From Phoronis australis (lineage: Eukaryota > Animalia > Phoronida): a stretch of 64,000 bases of DNA. Below the pieces are notes generated by a model. It was not told the origin of the DNA, did no database searches, and saw only the letters and a program-made list of their open reading frames with translations. The stretch is from positions 317,383 through 381,382 of the forward strand of contig NMRA01000364.1 in assembly GCA_002633005.1 (NCBI GenBank). Reading direction: 5' to 3'. Positions 24,704 to 38,700 of this stretch are shown here, piece after piece (position 1 is the stretch's first letter; each line of letters opens with the position of its first letter). The translations under genes and the position numbers were made by a program.

Positions 24704-27692
24704 AACTAATCCGCAGAAACAATAACCCAGCTGCATAATGTAGGGATTAGGAATATTCAAAGAGGATTTGTCTGGAACTAAAAGGAAATTTGTTACTTTG
24801 AGTCTCGCAATAAATACTGGCTAAGCCAAAATTTTACTACTTCGTACAAAACAGTAGGCTAAAAGAATTCCATAAATCAATAAACTAGTTATTTCATACT
24901 TTCACTTTGGGGATTCTTAGTCTAATTAGCGCACGCTACGGTGAAGAAATGTTATTTTATAAAATTTCCTAACAAAAATAAAGATTAAGAAAATAGTAAT
25001 CTACTATAAGCATGGTTTATGCTCTGTACACCTAATAAAACAACATTTGGCAATATGCCTGTCATTTGCCGCACGGTAACAAGCCTATGACAATTTTGGC
25101 AACTATTTTCCAGTGAAAAAAGTAAAACGTAGAAATTCTCACTACTTTGTTTATATTCTCATTTTCTAATCACTTGATTTTTAGATACCAATTAAGGTTG
25201 CGCAGACTTCAGAAGACTAAAAACAAAATGGAATCTTTTCAATTCACAAGAAACAGCAGAGTGGATACGTGCTAACGTATCAAATCTGGTTTAGAATCAC
25301 GCCACTGTTTCCAACCATCTCAGTTTGTGCGGCATATCAGCACCTTGTACTTCTGTCAAATGAAGGAGAAAAACTCTATGTGAGCCGGCAAGCAGCCTCA
25401 CCATCTCAAGGTTATCAGCTTCCAGTCGAAGCCAGGTGCAAAGTTAACCATTTTTTTATTGCTGTTACAGCCTGTGGTGACTTTTCAAATTAGAGTTCAA
25501 CCTTGTGAATACCATTCACAACGGGAAATCACACAAAACCACCGTTAAGATAAAAAGTCAGCTCTTGGAAGAACCAGAGTTATTAAAACAAATCACGCGA
25601 TGAACATCAAAGGTAACTGGTAAGCCAGGTATATTCAGCCTTATTAGAAGTGACTACGATGTACCGGGTGACCTCAGAAAAATGTGGCGATACTAATTAC
25701 TTTATCTCTATTGATTGGTGCATATAAGTGCAACTGGCTACAGCGATACATGTTTACGTTTTCATGTTTTGCCGAGTGAATGCATCAGGATAACGAACAC
25801 ATTAACTCCAGGCTCAATTACCGACTAAATACTATAGAAGAAACAAAACCCACGATCTTTGAACCTACGTAACTGTTGGATTCTATTGCCTGTTGGGTCG
25901 ATGGGATGTGTCAGCACTCATCTATCAACGATACGCCATTAAAAAGTTATGTAGGACTCTAGAAAAATGTTCAAATCTGGCCAACTTTGGAGCATCACAT
26001 CTCAGATACGAGTGTTCGGATTAATACGAAACTTTCAAATTCTACAATTTATACGCTGTTCTCCAAAACGCTGTCAGAAATGTTTTTTAAAATGTTCCAT
26101 GTTTTAATGATAACGTACCATTCTTTTTGATACGTGATCACATGACAAATTAGTGGCAGATGGGTAAACGGTGAAAAACCTTATTCTACAGTCTTTCTGT
26201 AGTACTTTCAGAAATTTTAAAGAGTTCAAATCTGTAGTTCTGTAGATAATTGGACATTTATACACAGACTTGTCGATAAGGTCCTACATAAACTTTAAGT
26301 GAGAATGCATGTGCAGTTCCAGGGCACATTACTAGTGCGACTTGTTATGTCAGATACACAAATATTTCTGTAACAAATCTTCCTTTGTTTTAATTTTGCA
26401 TTTGTCAAGAAATTGATAATACAAGTTCTTTAATGGGGCGAGTTAACCCCAAATGTTTTCCACGGTTTAACTATGCGTGCAGGGGTGCTCATACACCCGA
26501 GTCGTGTTTTGGCTTGTTAAACCGTCTCGAACTTACTTCATCGTAGTTTGACCTCGCAGATTTTAGTGTCAGTGAAAGAGCACGATCTTCCTTCATATGG
26601 GTTGCAATTTGATTACATTCAAAAGCTTCGAGCGATTCCAAGCATATTCAAACATTACTCTCAGGGCCTCTTTCAGTATTCGTAACTCAATCAAGTAATC
26701 ACGCTTGAGCGATTTTAAACCCACTGAACAGCAAGTGGGCCTAAGTTTAGTGTCACCGTTACCTGGTGCTGAAACCGTCAACCACGTATCAAATTACCAC
26801 TAGCAAAAAAATTGTCGATCCATCAAACCATTTCTGAAATTGACAAAGCCCTTTTTCGCTTCACTCAGATCACAGAACATGCATCAATTAGTGAAATAGG
26901 CTGCGTAGTTTTGCATAGTTTTTGCCAGCAGCACTGTCAGCATCAAAAGCTCTCTACCGAACCATGTCCCACTTAAGCTCACACATAAAAAGAGTATGTA
27001 ACCTTTAAAATGCTCACATTACAGCAAATGCACCCTTTTATTATAGCTAATTTCTTCACGACAAACATATTGCGACAAGATCAAAGCAGAGTGCGTACAA
27101 GTTAATTTTAAATTTTTAAACGATGCGTTCCGTGTTAAAATACAGTGGCAATCTAGTTTTCAATTGTGCAAACATTCCCCGAATTTAGGAACTGAAAATC
27201 GATCAATGTTGGAAAAATTGGCAAAATCAAAAAATTGAACACCAGTCTGAATAATTGAAAATTAAGAACTGTTAATTAAATGAGTTAAAAATGAGGCCAA
27301 TGCTTTCAGAAGGAATACCTTTCAGCCATTTAAAAACTCTGACAGTTCAGGTTTTTCAAACAAGTCTGCCAGATCGAAACTGAAGAGTTTTTATGATAGA
27401 TCATTCACGATATCTGCCTGTGCTCACGTCCAGGCCGTTCCAACTGAGAAAGGAAAAGTAGAGGGTGAATATGGATGCCAATCGGAAAGAATACAGTATC
27501 ACGCACTGGCTCATTCCACCTCTCGTGCTTTTGTCCACATTCCCAAACATTTGTGCTCATGTTTAAGAGTTCAGATTTAAAAGGGATGATATGTAAAATC
27601 TCAACATGCATGTCCTGTTACGCCCCGAACAGCCAGGCGTAACAATGCCGCAGAGAAGGGTTGAAGCGACATCTGGCAGCAACTGCACTCAC

Positions 27693-27804
27693 CGGTATGA
27701 AAGTAGGTAGTTGCGTGTCGCGATTCTGCATCGCCGAGGCTTGCATGCTTCGCCGATGATGTCGAAGGTGACGCTTGTTGCGATATATTGTCGAATAGCC
27801 ATCC
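27693..27804 (-). CDS. Axin: Axin coding exon 3
   Basis: tttcag|G...CCG|gtgagt, 112 nt, phase 2-0. Reads (V)DGYSTIYRNKRHLRHHRRSMQASAMQNRDTQLPTFIP; completes the SSVDG motif and leads into FIP-RT. Confidence 0.93.
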
Positions 27805-30800
27805 CTGAAAAATAGATATGAAGTCCTTACACACGAATCATATCACCACAGAGAGTGCAGGCGTTTGAGTATTTTCCCTGTTCAGACCACTCCAGTTTGC
27901 AACTTTTTTCATTGGAATCAAAGAAAACTGTGGACTGACTGACACAGATTTCAGTAGAACACTAAGATGAACACCTAGGCCTTTGCTCCTAGAGGAACTT
28001 TAAAGGGGATTTCCAGCACGAAATGGAATTACCCATACACCTAAAAATAACACGCGACATTTTGAAACAGACCGACGCAAACAATGAGAAAAAAGTTTGC
28101 ACACGAGGTATCACGACACTAACCCTGTGGCCATCAAGGAACTCGGCTTCTGCAACACAATATGCTAACACGCATGAAGTATCACCCACTACTGGACAAA
28201 CAAAATTTACCAGTGGTCAGTGGAATCAATAGCCCACAGGGGCACTCTTTTATTGACCTTTACATGGCATGCCAAAGGCACTCAAAGGGAGTCTCTTCTT
28301 CACCAGAAGTAACACAATGATAGAAATATTGACTGGTTGTTGTTTGCCTCTGAAGATCAAAAGGAACGCGGCAATTAGGAGTAATAGCATTAAATTAGAT
28401 AGCACAAAAGCGGGTTTGACAATAAAGGGGTTTCTCTGGCGACGCATGAAAAATGTACACAACACATCCTCTGTCTGGAAACCATGTCTTTGAAGTGAAC
28501 ACAAAAAAAAAGACTTTCCGTTACATGATTCTGTTTTCGCAGGGATTCCATTGTTTTCTAATTAAAACGCGTTTTTTTTTCATCACACAATAACACCGCA
28601 GGCTATGCAATAAAAATAAGACGGCATCGCTAATGTAACCCTGTCGCCGTTCTGTGCGCGCTGGCAAAGAATAGAAATTGTATTCGAATGAAAAACTGAA
28701 TTTAATGGCAATCTAAGAGAACAGAAACTTTGGAAACAATGACATGAAAAAGAATGCTCACGAGTCATCGCAGCGCGAGACTTGTTTTAATTACCATCCA
28801 GCTAGTGTTCCGATAATACCAACTAATCAATACCATTGGCGACTGTCTACAGTCTCCCTTTAGTAGACTTTAATTAAAAAGCAATGACACCATCGTTGTG
28901 CAGATTGAGCTGAATTATCATTTGCAGATTTCCGATCGACAATAGGTAAAATCATTTAAGAAGCAAACATCAAAAACACATCAACGTCACCAAATTCATA
29001 ATGATTCATGAAGCAGCATTGCTCTTTATCGTACCTCTTGGGTTTAAAGTGACTTAAGATTTATTTCTGCAGAAAAGTCGGCCAAGAAATCAGTTATTTA
29101 AGGTGTGACCTGAAATCCCAATCAACAACATACAACTGTGTTAATTTCTTGTATCAAATCTCCTCGGACTGAGGGCCAACCAATTGACTGAATTTCTACA
29201 CCATAACACCTTGACAATGATAACATCCATCCCCCAACAATGTGTAATGCTGCTCAGTGCATAGACACGCTTTCACACTTTGCCGGTTTCTTTGATTTGC
29301 CTAGTGACACTTTGCACTGCGTTTCATCTCGGCCACCCAGCCATGACTACAAATGCCCGACCAGATCAAAGGACATTCTTGTGCATTCATGAGTCAGAAA
29401 AAAGATGTTTCTCAGAAGTATCGATGGTTTTCAGAAGTAACAAGATGAAACGTAAAACTTCAGAGAATCCACATAATGCCACCTATTCCCAAGTCAAACC
29501 CTCTCAGATCCAATTTTCATATGAGCTACAAAAGAAATATTTAAGGCAATTGCTTGGTAATAACAGCAGTCATCATTAAACCATCCACGTAATTAACTGT
29601 GACAGACTTACAAGTCAAGAATTTTGACACAATTTAAATAGCCTTGTTATTGTTACGGACTATCACGAGGACATGGTGAATAGGATTAATTGGATGACCG
29701 AGATCATTTGACTTCTTGTCACAAAGGGTAAATAATTTCTGTGGCAAGATCAAAGGCATGGATGCCATGTGGTAATTAAACACTTGCAGAAACTGTAACA
29801 GGTGACGGAATATGGAAACCGGGTCAACAATAGTTTTTGTGCTGACGACGTAAGCGAATCACCAACAACGGCTGTCCGAATTCGGGCTTTGATTATATCT
29901 ATTACATCATTAAGGGAAATTGCCTCTCATTGGGCGAATTTGCTAGGATCAAAGAGAACAGGTTTAATACTTCAGATCAGAGCAAAAAGACATTAACACA
30001 GTTTTGTTGCACGAGGCATGCTCGGTATAATTTCCCAGTAGGGTCGACCCATTTCTGCAGCTTACCGCATTCAGAGAGGCTGAGCAGCTTGCCACCAGGC
30101 ACAGGTGCTACTTTTCATGTGATTTGTACAATGGAAAAACTTGCCAGTGACTCATCAATGGCAGGGTCTAGAAACGTGACATTCAACCACTACAATGCAT
30201 CCACATTCAGAATGGACATTTCTCAGTTTCAACGAGTCCTTTCAATATTCTTATCCCTGAGAGTACCCCGCCACACACGCACACACATAGACACAGACAC
30301 ACACACACTCGCACGCATACACTAGGCCGACCAGTCGTATGCATTAGGCTGACAATGCAGATCCAACCGTGTTACGCCTCGGGGGCTTTGGCGGCCGAGA
30401 TCAAAGGAGGCATGATCAAAAGAATCAGTGGCACGAAGCAAACACAGGAGCAATTAGAATAACAATTCAAGACGTGCTATTCACCAGACTGTGAACCCAC
30501 AGTTCAGTTGTAGTCGTCTGTACTGGCACACGTACATGGCACGCAAACACGCGAGCTGCCATGAACGCAACCACACGCAGGGGTTAGCTATTATTTCTTG
30601 AGTTTATACTCAATCAAGAGAATGGGTACATGCAGGTCTTCGTTTGTAAAGCCAGCCTAATACACACCTGCAGCAGGTAATTATGGTTCACACATACAAC
30701 CCTGCACACAGATAGTGTGGCCTCGTAAACTGCAGGCTGTCATTAACCGATTTAAAGGCAGTTAAGAAAATTGAGTGGAACCACTTGTAAGACACATCAA

Positions 30801-32609
30801 ACATAAAAAGATAGTAGACATCTAGATATTCAAAACACAATTACCAACAATCAAACGAAGGAATGCCATCTGTCATTGGAAATGGTGTAAAAACTGACTC
30901 CTTCGATTGTGACAATTGACAATTTCCACGTTTTTGAATATTTGTAGAAAAAACAGACAACGAAAATCAAGAACTCTCTGAATGCTCAGGTCTGTACTTA
31001 GGTGATCCAGAACAGTCTATGTTCTGACACGCAACATTTCACAAACTGAACCGTCAGAAAATGACTAGAGGGTCACGTGATACATTCTCTTTGGCAAAAA
31101 ATGGCTGCAACCCAGGAGGTAAGCTGTCTGACAATTCACAGACCGTGACCAAGCCAACCTATTCTCAAAGGGGTCTCACAGGTCGTTAAACTCGTATCAA
31201 ATGCCCACGATCAAAGACAACCTGCCAGCCACCGCCAGAACGCATGGACTGACTCCCAAATGTTGTATAACTGGTGTTTCTTTCATCACCATATGCCCAC
31301 GACTTACAGCAAGTATTTACAATCGAGGTAGGCCAAAAGTAAGAATAACTGAACACAAGACCTGGGTAGAGTTCAGTAATGCATGGACCTTGCTAAAAAG
31401 CAAGACTTCGCGAGATTACGCGAGATATTGCCCTGTATATTAAATGAGAACACTTGATTTTGCTTGGTTTCAGCAAGGTCATAGCGTAGGTCGTAGCGTT
31501 ACTGAACTCTACCTAGATTCTAACCCAAAAGGAATTCATCAAAGAAGACAACAGATAAATGGGAAAATCCCCAATTCCCGGTGGCACATGTGAGAGTTGA
31601 GATTTTTTCAGCCAGCTTAAGCAGCCCATCAAGGCTAACCACAGGCTTCTAATGACAAAGAGGATGACTTTCACAGCAAGCACAGTGAATTTTTGTTTCA
31701 GAAAATTAATCCTTTACCAAGCCCTTTGAACTTAAACCTTTATTGTTCTATTAAGGAAAATGCAGCAGTGTTCACTTTGATCTCGTCATCAACATCCTTT
31801 GAAAACGACAGCCAATAGACGCCTGATTAACCAAACATAATACCACAGCATGGTGATTAAGACTTAAAACTGTTTAACAATATACTGAAGGCTGAAGAAG
31901 TGAAAAACTACCAGCTGTTACAAACAACCATGGTCACAGTCAACTGTGGGCAATCATGTGTCTAGTAAAGGCTAACAACACCAACGCTAGGGGAGACCTC
32001 TATTGACGATCAATGAAGTACTACTAAAGCAACCAATATGGCAGCCATGTTTCTGTGATCCGTACATTCATAACAGAGCAGTGACAGACTCATGATGTGT
32101 TAAGGAAGAAAAGTTTGCTAGTTAAAAAAAAAACTAAATACACCTTTTGGCACAGTAAGTCGATGGAAATGTCAGCATGATGCCTGGGTGTAGAATTTAC
32201 ATTCAATCAAAACTTTGGAGGACCATGACGAGAACTTTCATGTGTGATTACCGACTTTAATAATACTTTCCAACACAAACAAACGCTAAGCCAGGAGCCC
32301 CTTACACGTAAAGTGACTTAAATCTACGAAAAAAATTTGGTCTTACGTTCCCGCTTACGAATTATTGAATAAAATGTTGAGCCCCGAAATCATTAGCACA
32401 AAACAGAATAGAAAAAATTATAGAAACTATCTAAGTAACTAGCAGACATGGGCATAGTCTCAATTTCTCAGTGACTTGTATTTCGTTTAAACGCAGGATT
32501 TAACTACTTTTCAAGAATAGTTGTGTAGAGCGTAAGATCTAATTTCCGATTTGAGTCATAAATCACTTTTCATGAAACAAATCTCTGAACAGGTAAGGAT
32601 GGTACTCAC

Positions 32610-32756
32610 ACACTGGAGTCCGTTTGTGACATGGTGTCGTCCGTGAGGGCATCGCTAGAAAGGGATTGTAGCTCGCTGTCGACGGCAGAGACGGGGGCAT
32701 AGCTGGTATAGTACGGGTGTTGTACTCGCCCTGTGTTCTGACTGTGTAGATAGGCC
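32610..32756 (-). CDS. Axin: Axin coding exon 2
   Basis: ttacag|G...GT|gtgagt, 147 nt, phase 2-2. Contains the conserved YAPVSAVDSELQSLSSDALTDDTMSQTDSSV, in a different frame from the listed ORF. Confidence 0.96.
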
Positions 32757-35700
32757 CTGTAAAGATGACGAAGAGTTCAGTTGAATATCCAATATCAACA
32801 GCGCAAGTCAAACCATACCGTGGGTAATGTTCATACAAGATTGCATAACAAATTTTGATGATAACAACACCTGCGCTAATCATAATACAGAAGTGAACAC
32901 GCAGGTACGATGCATTCTATTCTTACTGACCAGTCAAAAATAAGTAGCAGTAAAGAAATATCAAGGGCACAATGTAGAGACAGAGTGGCAGTTGTAGCCA
33001 GGTACGCAAACAAGTTAAAATGACATCAGAAACCAGTCATGTAAAACAAGTTAACAAACTGGCATTAGCAACTGGTTCTGGTTCTGAAACCAGACAACTA
33101 ATGCAGTCAAGTGAACAATATGAACTACAAGAAGACAAATTTAGTCGACTCAGTTTTCACAATCTATTTATTGAACGCAACATCAGTGGGTCCAGAATGG
33201 CCACAATCAAAGTAAGACGATGTGAGCCAAACTTGGGACATTGTTCTAGTGTGTTATTAAACCATAACTGTTAACATTAATTGGCTGCACAAATTTAAAG
33301 ATGATGGAAAAGAGAGCATGAAAATTCACCCAGGTTGCTAAGCCAAAGGCTGAATTAAGTTAGAGAGCAACACCCCTTACAACAGACTATAGTAAACCCT
33401 GATCATACCATTCACCCCTGGAATTCCACTGATCCATTAATTACCAGGGTTCAAGAAAGTTCCACCAGAGTGCACCACATGCAGAGAACAATTAACTTAC
33501 ACAACCTCACTGATTGAACTAAGATGTTAGTCTCAGATGTGCCAAGAATGATAACACTGACAAACTGACACAGTGAACAACGTTTTAAATGATGAAGCAA
33601 ATTACTTATAAATTCAGATGAGATAGACGCAGAGTAATGGCGGAATCATAATTTTACACTTAGGTGGAATTGCTGTATATTAAGATCATCAACAAGGACA
33701 ACATCGCTGTGTACGAGTTCGAGAAGCTATCACACAACTGTACACAGGCCTGTACATGAAAACATGAGTATAGTAAATTTTTTCAATTTTAAACAAACAC
33801 ACCCTAAAAACTTTTCTTTTTTTAACCTTGCCAATAATCAAAACCGATGGAATTGGTGGTGACAGGGGGAGTATTTTCCCTTCAACCAAAAATTCCCCTC
33901 AGAAGGCACAGGCCCCTAAAGCGAGTGGGAGGTCCCTTTCCTTTACGCTACACGGAAATCAATTGCAAATATCATTGCTATTTCTCTACTGTCAAAGGCG
34001 GACTACCTAATTTTTACATCCACACCTCGACAAAATTAAAGCAGAATATATTAGGATATATCAGTATTTTGTTTGTGCTGAAATGACGACAAAAACAAAT
34101 TCATTGTTTCTGCCACTTTAACTAGTGCTGAAACTCTTACATATCGGGCTAGTGCTCTATATAATATAAATTTCAAATTCCACTGAAATTACAATTCATG
34201 TATTATATCATCCAAGGTCCATTTCCATCCTGTGAGGAGTTGGTGTGTTAAATAAATGCATTGGACTGGTACCAAAAGCCAAAAATGTCAAAATTTGCTT
34301 AAGAAACGACTAGTCTCTCAATACTTAAAACTTCTTGCACCAGGTTTTCAAACTGGACACAAGTAAGTCAAACTGCACATCATGCCAGGTCATGGCAAAA
34401 TTAAAACTCAGATGGAGCGACGACTGACGAGTCAAAACAGGTTGTCAAGAACACTACAACTGTTCTCCCAAAGCCTGAAGTTAAGTAGACAATAGAAACT
34501 GGTAACAGCACGCCATTCGACCATTTATTGTTGTGGTCAGACTTCCTCAATGAGGCTCTGACACAATTAAAAGGAGACATTGGGGCGACAGTCAGACGGA
34601 CAGAGAGTATCAAACTTGACGGATAATCGCCAGATCGCTTGTACAAGATATGGATTTTTTGTTCTTGGGATTAAGCCAGGAGTATCGTGAGGGATTACCG
34701 GAAATTGGACAACAGGGCAGTGAAAATAGAAAATCATGCATGTAGTTATTTATCAACACAGCAAAACTGCTGATGGCGTCCAAACAATGTAACGTTGTTA
34801 ACTTCACGAGTCTAAAGACATCAAATCAGGTTGGCAAAGATGCTCCAACTACTAAGGACAGTTTTGGCGAGATCTACGACTATTTGCACTCAAATGAACA
34901 ATGAAAAAAAATGTAATCTAAAAATCAATTGTGAGCAATACAAGGTGGTGACTGTTGTTCAGCTCTGGATGAAAGAACACGACTATGAAATAAGTCTCCC
35001 GTAATCCAGTTGAGAGTCTTCACATTTAAAACAATTTTGACACGAGACCCAGATTTTCTGCGGTAACAAGAAAAGCAAGACAATTCGCAGAATTTGAAGT
35101 TTTTAACAGAATTCAAATATTTCACTAGTAGATACAACAACTCTAGTTTTAATTGTACAATCCACTATTTGTTACCCAAGAACGATTCTAGCCACAATTC
35201 GACCGACGATTGTTTTGCTGAGGACACATTCAAGCAGTCGTTCAACCTGTCTTGACTGTAACACTGATCTCATTTCCAGCTTTAAGAAATAATAAATATG
35301 CCGTACGACACATTATTGGTAATACAAAGCTGTGACATCAGAGTGAGGCAAGTCCCGAAACATTTCAGTGTTCACCCTCGAGAAAGATTCTGTGACATTT
35401 CACATTTTGCATTATTGTCCCAAAAATTCCAACACCTGTGCGATACAAAGTCGACGGCAAGTTACGTGTCTGTACTTGCCCTTTCTCGCGTTATTTTAAC
35501 AAGAACCGACTTTGGTCCTGGTTCAAACGAATAGCAGGTAAAATTCTTAGTACACTGTTATGGTTCTTTTACAGTGCCCTCATGTGGCCCTGCAGTGAAT
35601 GACTGCAAGCAATGTAAATGGCACAATCAATAAGCACAACCACACGATTTCGTGAATGAAATTTTTGCAAAATGCATTAACCAGTTGACCTAGTTCTTTG

Positions 35701-38700
35701 AAAATATGGTGTCTACTAATCAGAGCAAAGAGGTGCCGGAACATGAAAAAACAGAGACAGGGAAAAATGGACACGGCTTTCCTTCTCGGATAATGCAAAA
35801 ACTGGGCTGAGAAATTCCGATTGTGGAATGAGATGGTTCATCAACGTTTATCCATCAACTTAAATGGTCCCCTGTGGAAGAGTTTGATATGTGCAGTTTG
35901 AATTTTCAAGGTAGAAACCGTATTCTGTCCTAACTGAGTGTGACAATAGAAGCTTGCGATTAGTTTATTGCTCATGAACTCTATTCATTTAACTGTGCAT
36001 TATCACTGCGCATTATCACAGTAATATTTTCTAGACCACCATGATTCATTAGTGTCTCCCCCATGTGACAACCATGTCTCGTATCTCAATTCTGATGAGA
36101 CACTGTCTCCTTTCTGTGATTTCCCACAGCAATCACTGGAAAGTCTTAATTTACAAAATGGAAACAAACGAAATTCTGTTTGCTTAAACGATTACTCAAT
36201 TTTTTGAAAATGGAAGATCATTGTCTCTTCACTGCCTACACACAAAATCTGAAATAATTTTAGAAAACGCAGCAAAAGAAAAGTTTCATGAGCTAAACCG
36301 TTATTACGCAGTGGAAGTAAACCATTGAAACCTGCTCAAATACATGTGGATCAAGCTTGTTCATCGAATGATTCAAGCGAAAAAACCCAACAATTTCCTG
36401 CAGTAAAACTTAATGACCTGGCTGTAGCTCACAAGGCACTTATCATGAATTTGGTGTTCTGTACACAGCCACAGCTCTGCTAGCAGACAGGGCAATAAAA
36501 GAAGTTTGCTGGAGATAGCACCATAAATTGTGGTCAGCTGGAAAAGACCCATGAGAACCATTCAGCCTGGAGTCTGAGCCTATAAATTTACAGCCTTTCC
36601 ACTGCAATGTTTTACATAACATCCCACTCTGGGAGATATCCGTCTTTGTGGGAATGAGCCAAGTGAAATAGGGCTTTGCTGGGACAAATTACAGAGGACC
36701 CCACTGACTTGTGAAACATGCTTGTATGTGTGTGCAATTTCTGGCCAGCCAATCAGGTCAGAGGACCAGCCAATTTCAGTCAAACATGAGCTGTGGTGTT
36801 GCTAGTTAACGTCCCTCATTACACACATCCCCTGTACAGTGTTGGCTCAATGTAGGTCAGCCTGCAACAGGCCAGTGGTTAACAGTTTTCTAAAGCTGGC
36901 TGAAGAGTTGATGATGTTATTAGCCACAGCAGTACCAGGCTTACAGAGCCAGCCCCAAGCCAGCTTATCAGGTATCTCAAGAGGTCACAATGATACTGCC
37001 CAATAATTTCATGAAGGAGTGCAGATAGCAGTGGCTATGGCCTCTCCAATATCAATAAGACAACTGAGGAAATTGGCTTACAGGCGGAGCACACCTGCAG
37101 AGGACCAAGGGGCAGCGGAAATAGTATATTGGGGCTTCTTCTCTAAATCCCAAGTAAAGCCTCAGTGGTCAATCCAGACAGTCAATGAAAGGATCTTTCA
37201 AAAGATTAAACACATAGTTACCACAGGAACAACTGCCAATCAGAAAAGTCTAATTTCTTTGGAAAAAAATGAATAATTTGGGACGAAAATAATCGCCAGA
37301 TATGCCCTTTCTTCAGTTTTTAATAAACTAAGGCTGCAAGCCATAAATGACCAAATTATACGGAAAACCATGGAAGCTATGGTACAAAACGTAAAAAATG
37401 GTAAGGCATTACTTTCATGTTACTTATTGTTTAAAAAAATAAGAAAATAAAATTTTCACTGGCCAGCCACATTGTGCACTATATTGGTGAAGAATTAACA
37501 AACTACCAAACAGTAGCAATTTAAACAAGTGCGTGAATATTTGAATGGCCTTGGCCTACTATGGAGTAGATGAAGTAACATAAATTTCAATATGGTGTCC
37601 TACTAAACTGAACTGTAATCCAATTTCTAATTGCTACAAAAACAGATTAAAACAGATTAGCAAATAACCTAAGTCTCTAGAGAAAGCATGTGGAACTTGG
37701 ATAGGCCAATAAGAAAGAGACAGTGGGAGGGAATCTGTCATTCATTATCCATTGATCAACGTCATAATGTTATATGTCTTTCCAGGGATGGCAGGGGTAT
37801 TAAGGCATAACTTAAAGCCAAGAGAGACGCTGTAGCCCCAATACAATAACACAAGCTGCGTTTTTTCATTCAGACTGGCTGTCTACAACGATTGATTACG
37901 TATACTGGCTATATTGTGTTCTAGTTAATAGATCAGTAATGAGATCCTGAAAACAGAGTACCCGTGTGACCTCGAGCCGTCACCGAGGTTCGATTGGAAG
38001 CCATCAAAAGTGACCACACAGCTAATTCACAGCAAAAGTATGAGCAGCCACCACCCATGAGGAGAAAGTACAAAACAAGAAAAGAGCGGCTGTGGTCGGG
38101 ATACCTAGGGGGCAGATTGAAATCACAAGTAAATGTCCTGAATAAAGTGTTCCCCATTATTAGTTGTCATCCAACTGCACAACAGCAAAACCACATTGGG
38201 AAGGGAAACAACCCTTTTGGTGTAACACTTAGTTAAAATAAATATTCTTGGTTATGTTGGACATATATTTTTTCCTGTTAAAGATGGCAAAAAATGAAAA
38301 ATGAATTAGACCATTTACTGCCATAAAATCAGCCTCATATTCCTTACCGTAATTGGATTCTTTTCAATTTAACGACATTCAGTCGTTTTGTAGAGGTTTC
38401 AATCCATGTTGGCAATGGAAATAGAATTTGATCATGACAAGGGATGTTATGGCATTGATTTTAGGGGAACAAAAGGCCCAATTAGATTTTCCATGTTAGT
38501 CAGGAGAAACGCAGTTTCACTGGTGCCTTGGCGTGTATTTACAATCCATGAAACAAAAGAGATGAAGTCCCAGCAAAAGGCCGATAGCATCTTGGTTTTT
38601 CATTCACTTCCATTAATACAACTCATGACTGATAAAGGCTGCTTTCAATGTCGAATAGGACACCAAGATGGGGTCCTTTGATGGGACGTTCACAGACACT

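Noticed and set aside
25657-26300. Possible mariner-like relic (TACCGGGTG start; inverted AAAGTTATGTAGGAC/GTCCTACATAAACTTT)
   Set aside because: No matching right terminus found, so boundaries cannot be supported.
32563-32883. Listed 106-aa ORF (also the 27601-27834 and 17707-18027 ORFs)
   Set aside because: Wrong frames; the Axin exons lie in other frames set by splice phase.
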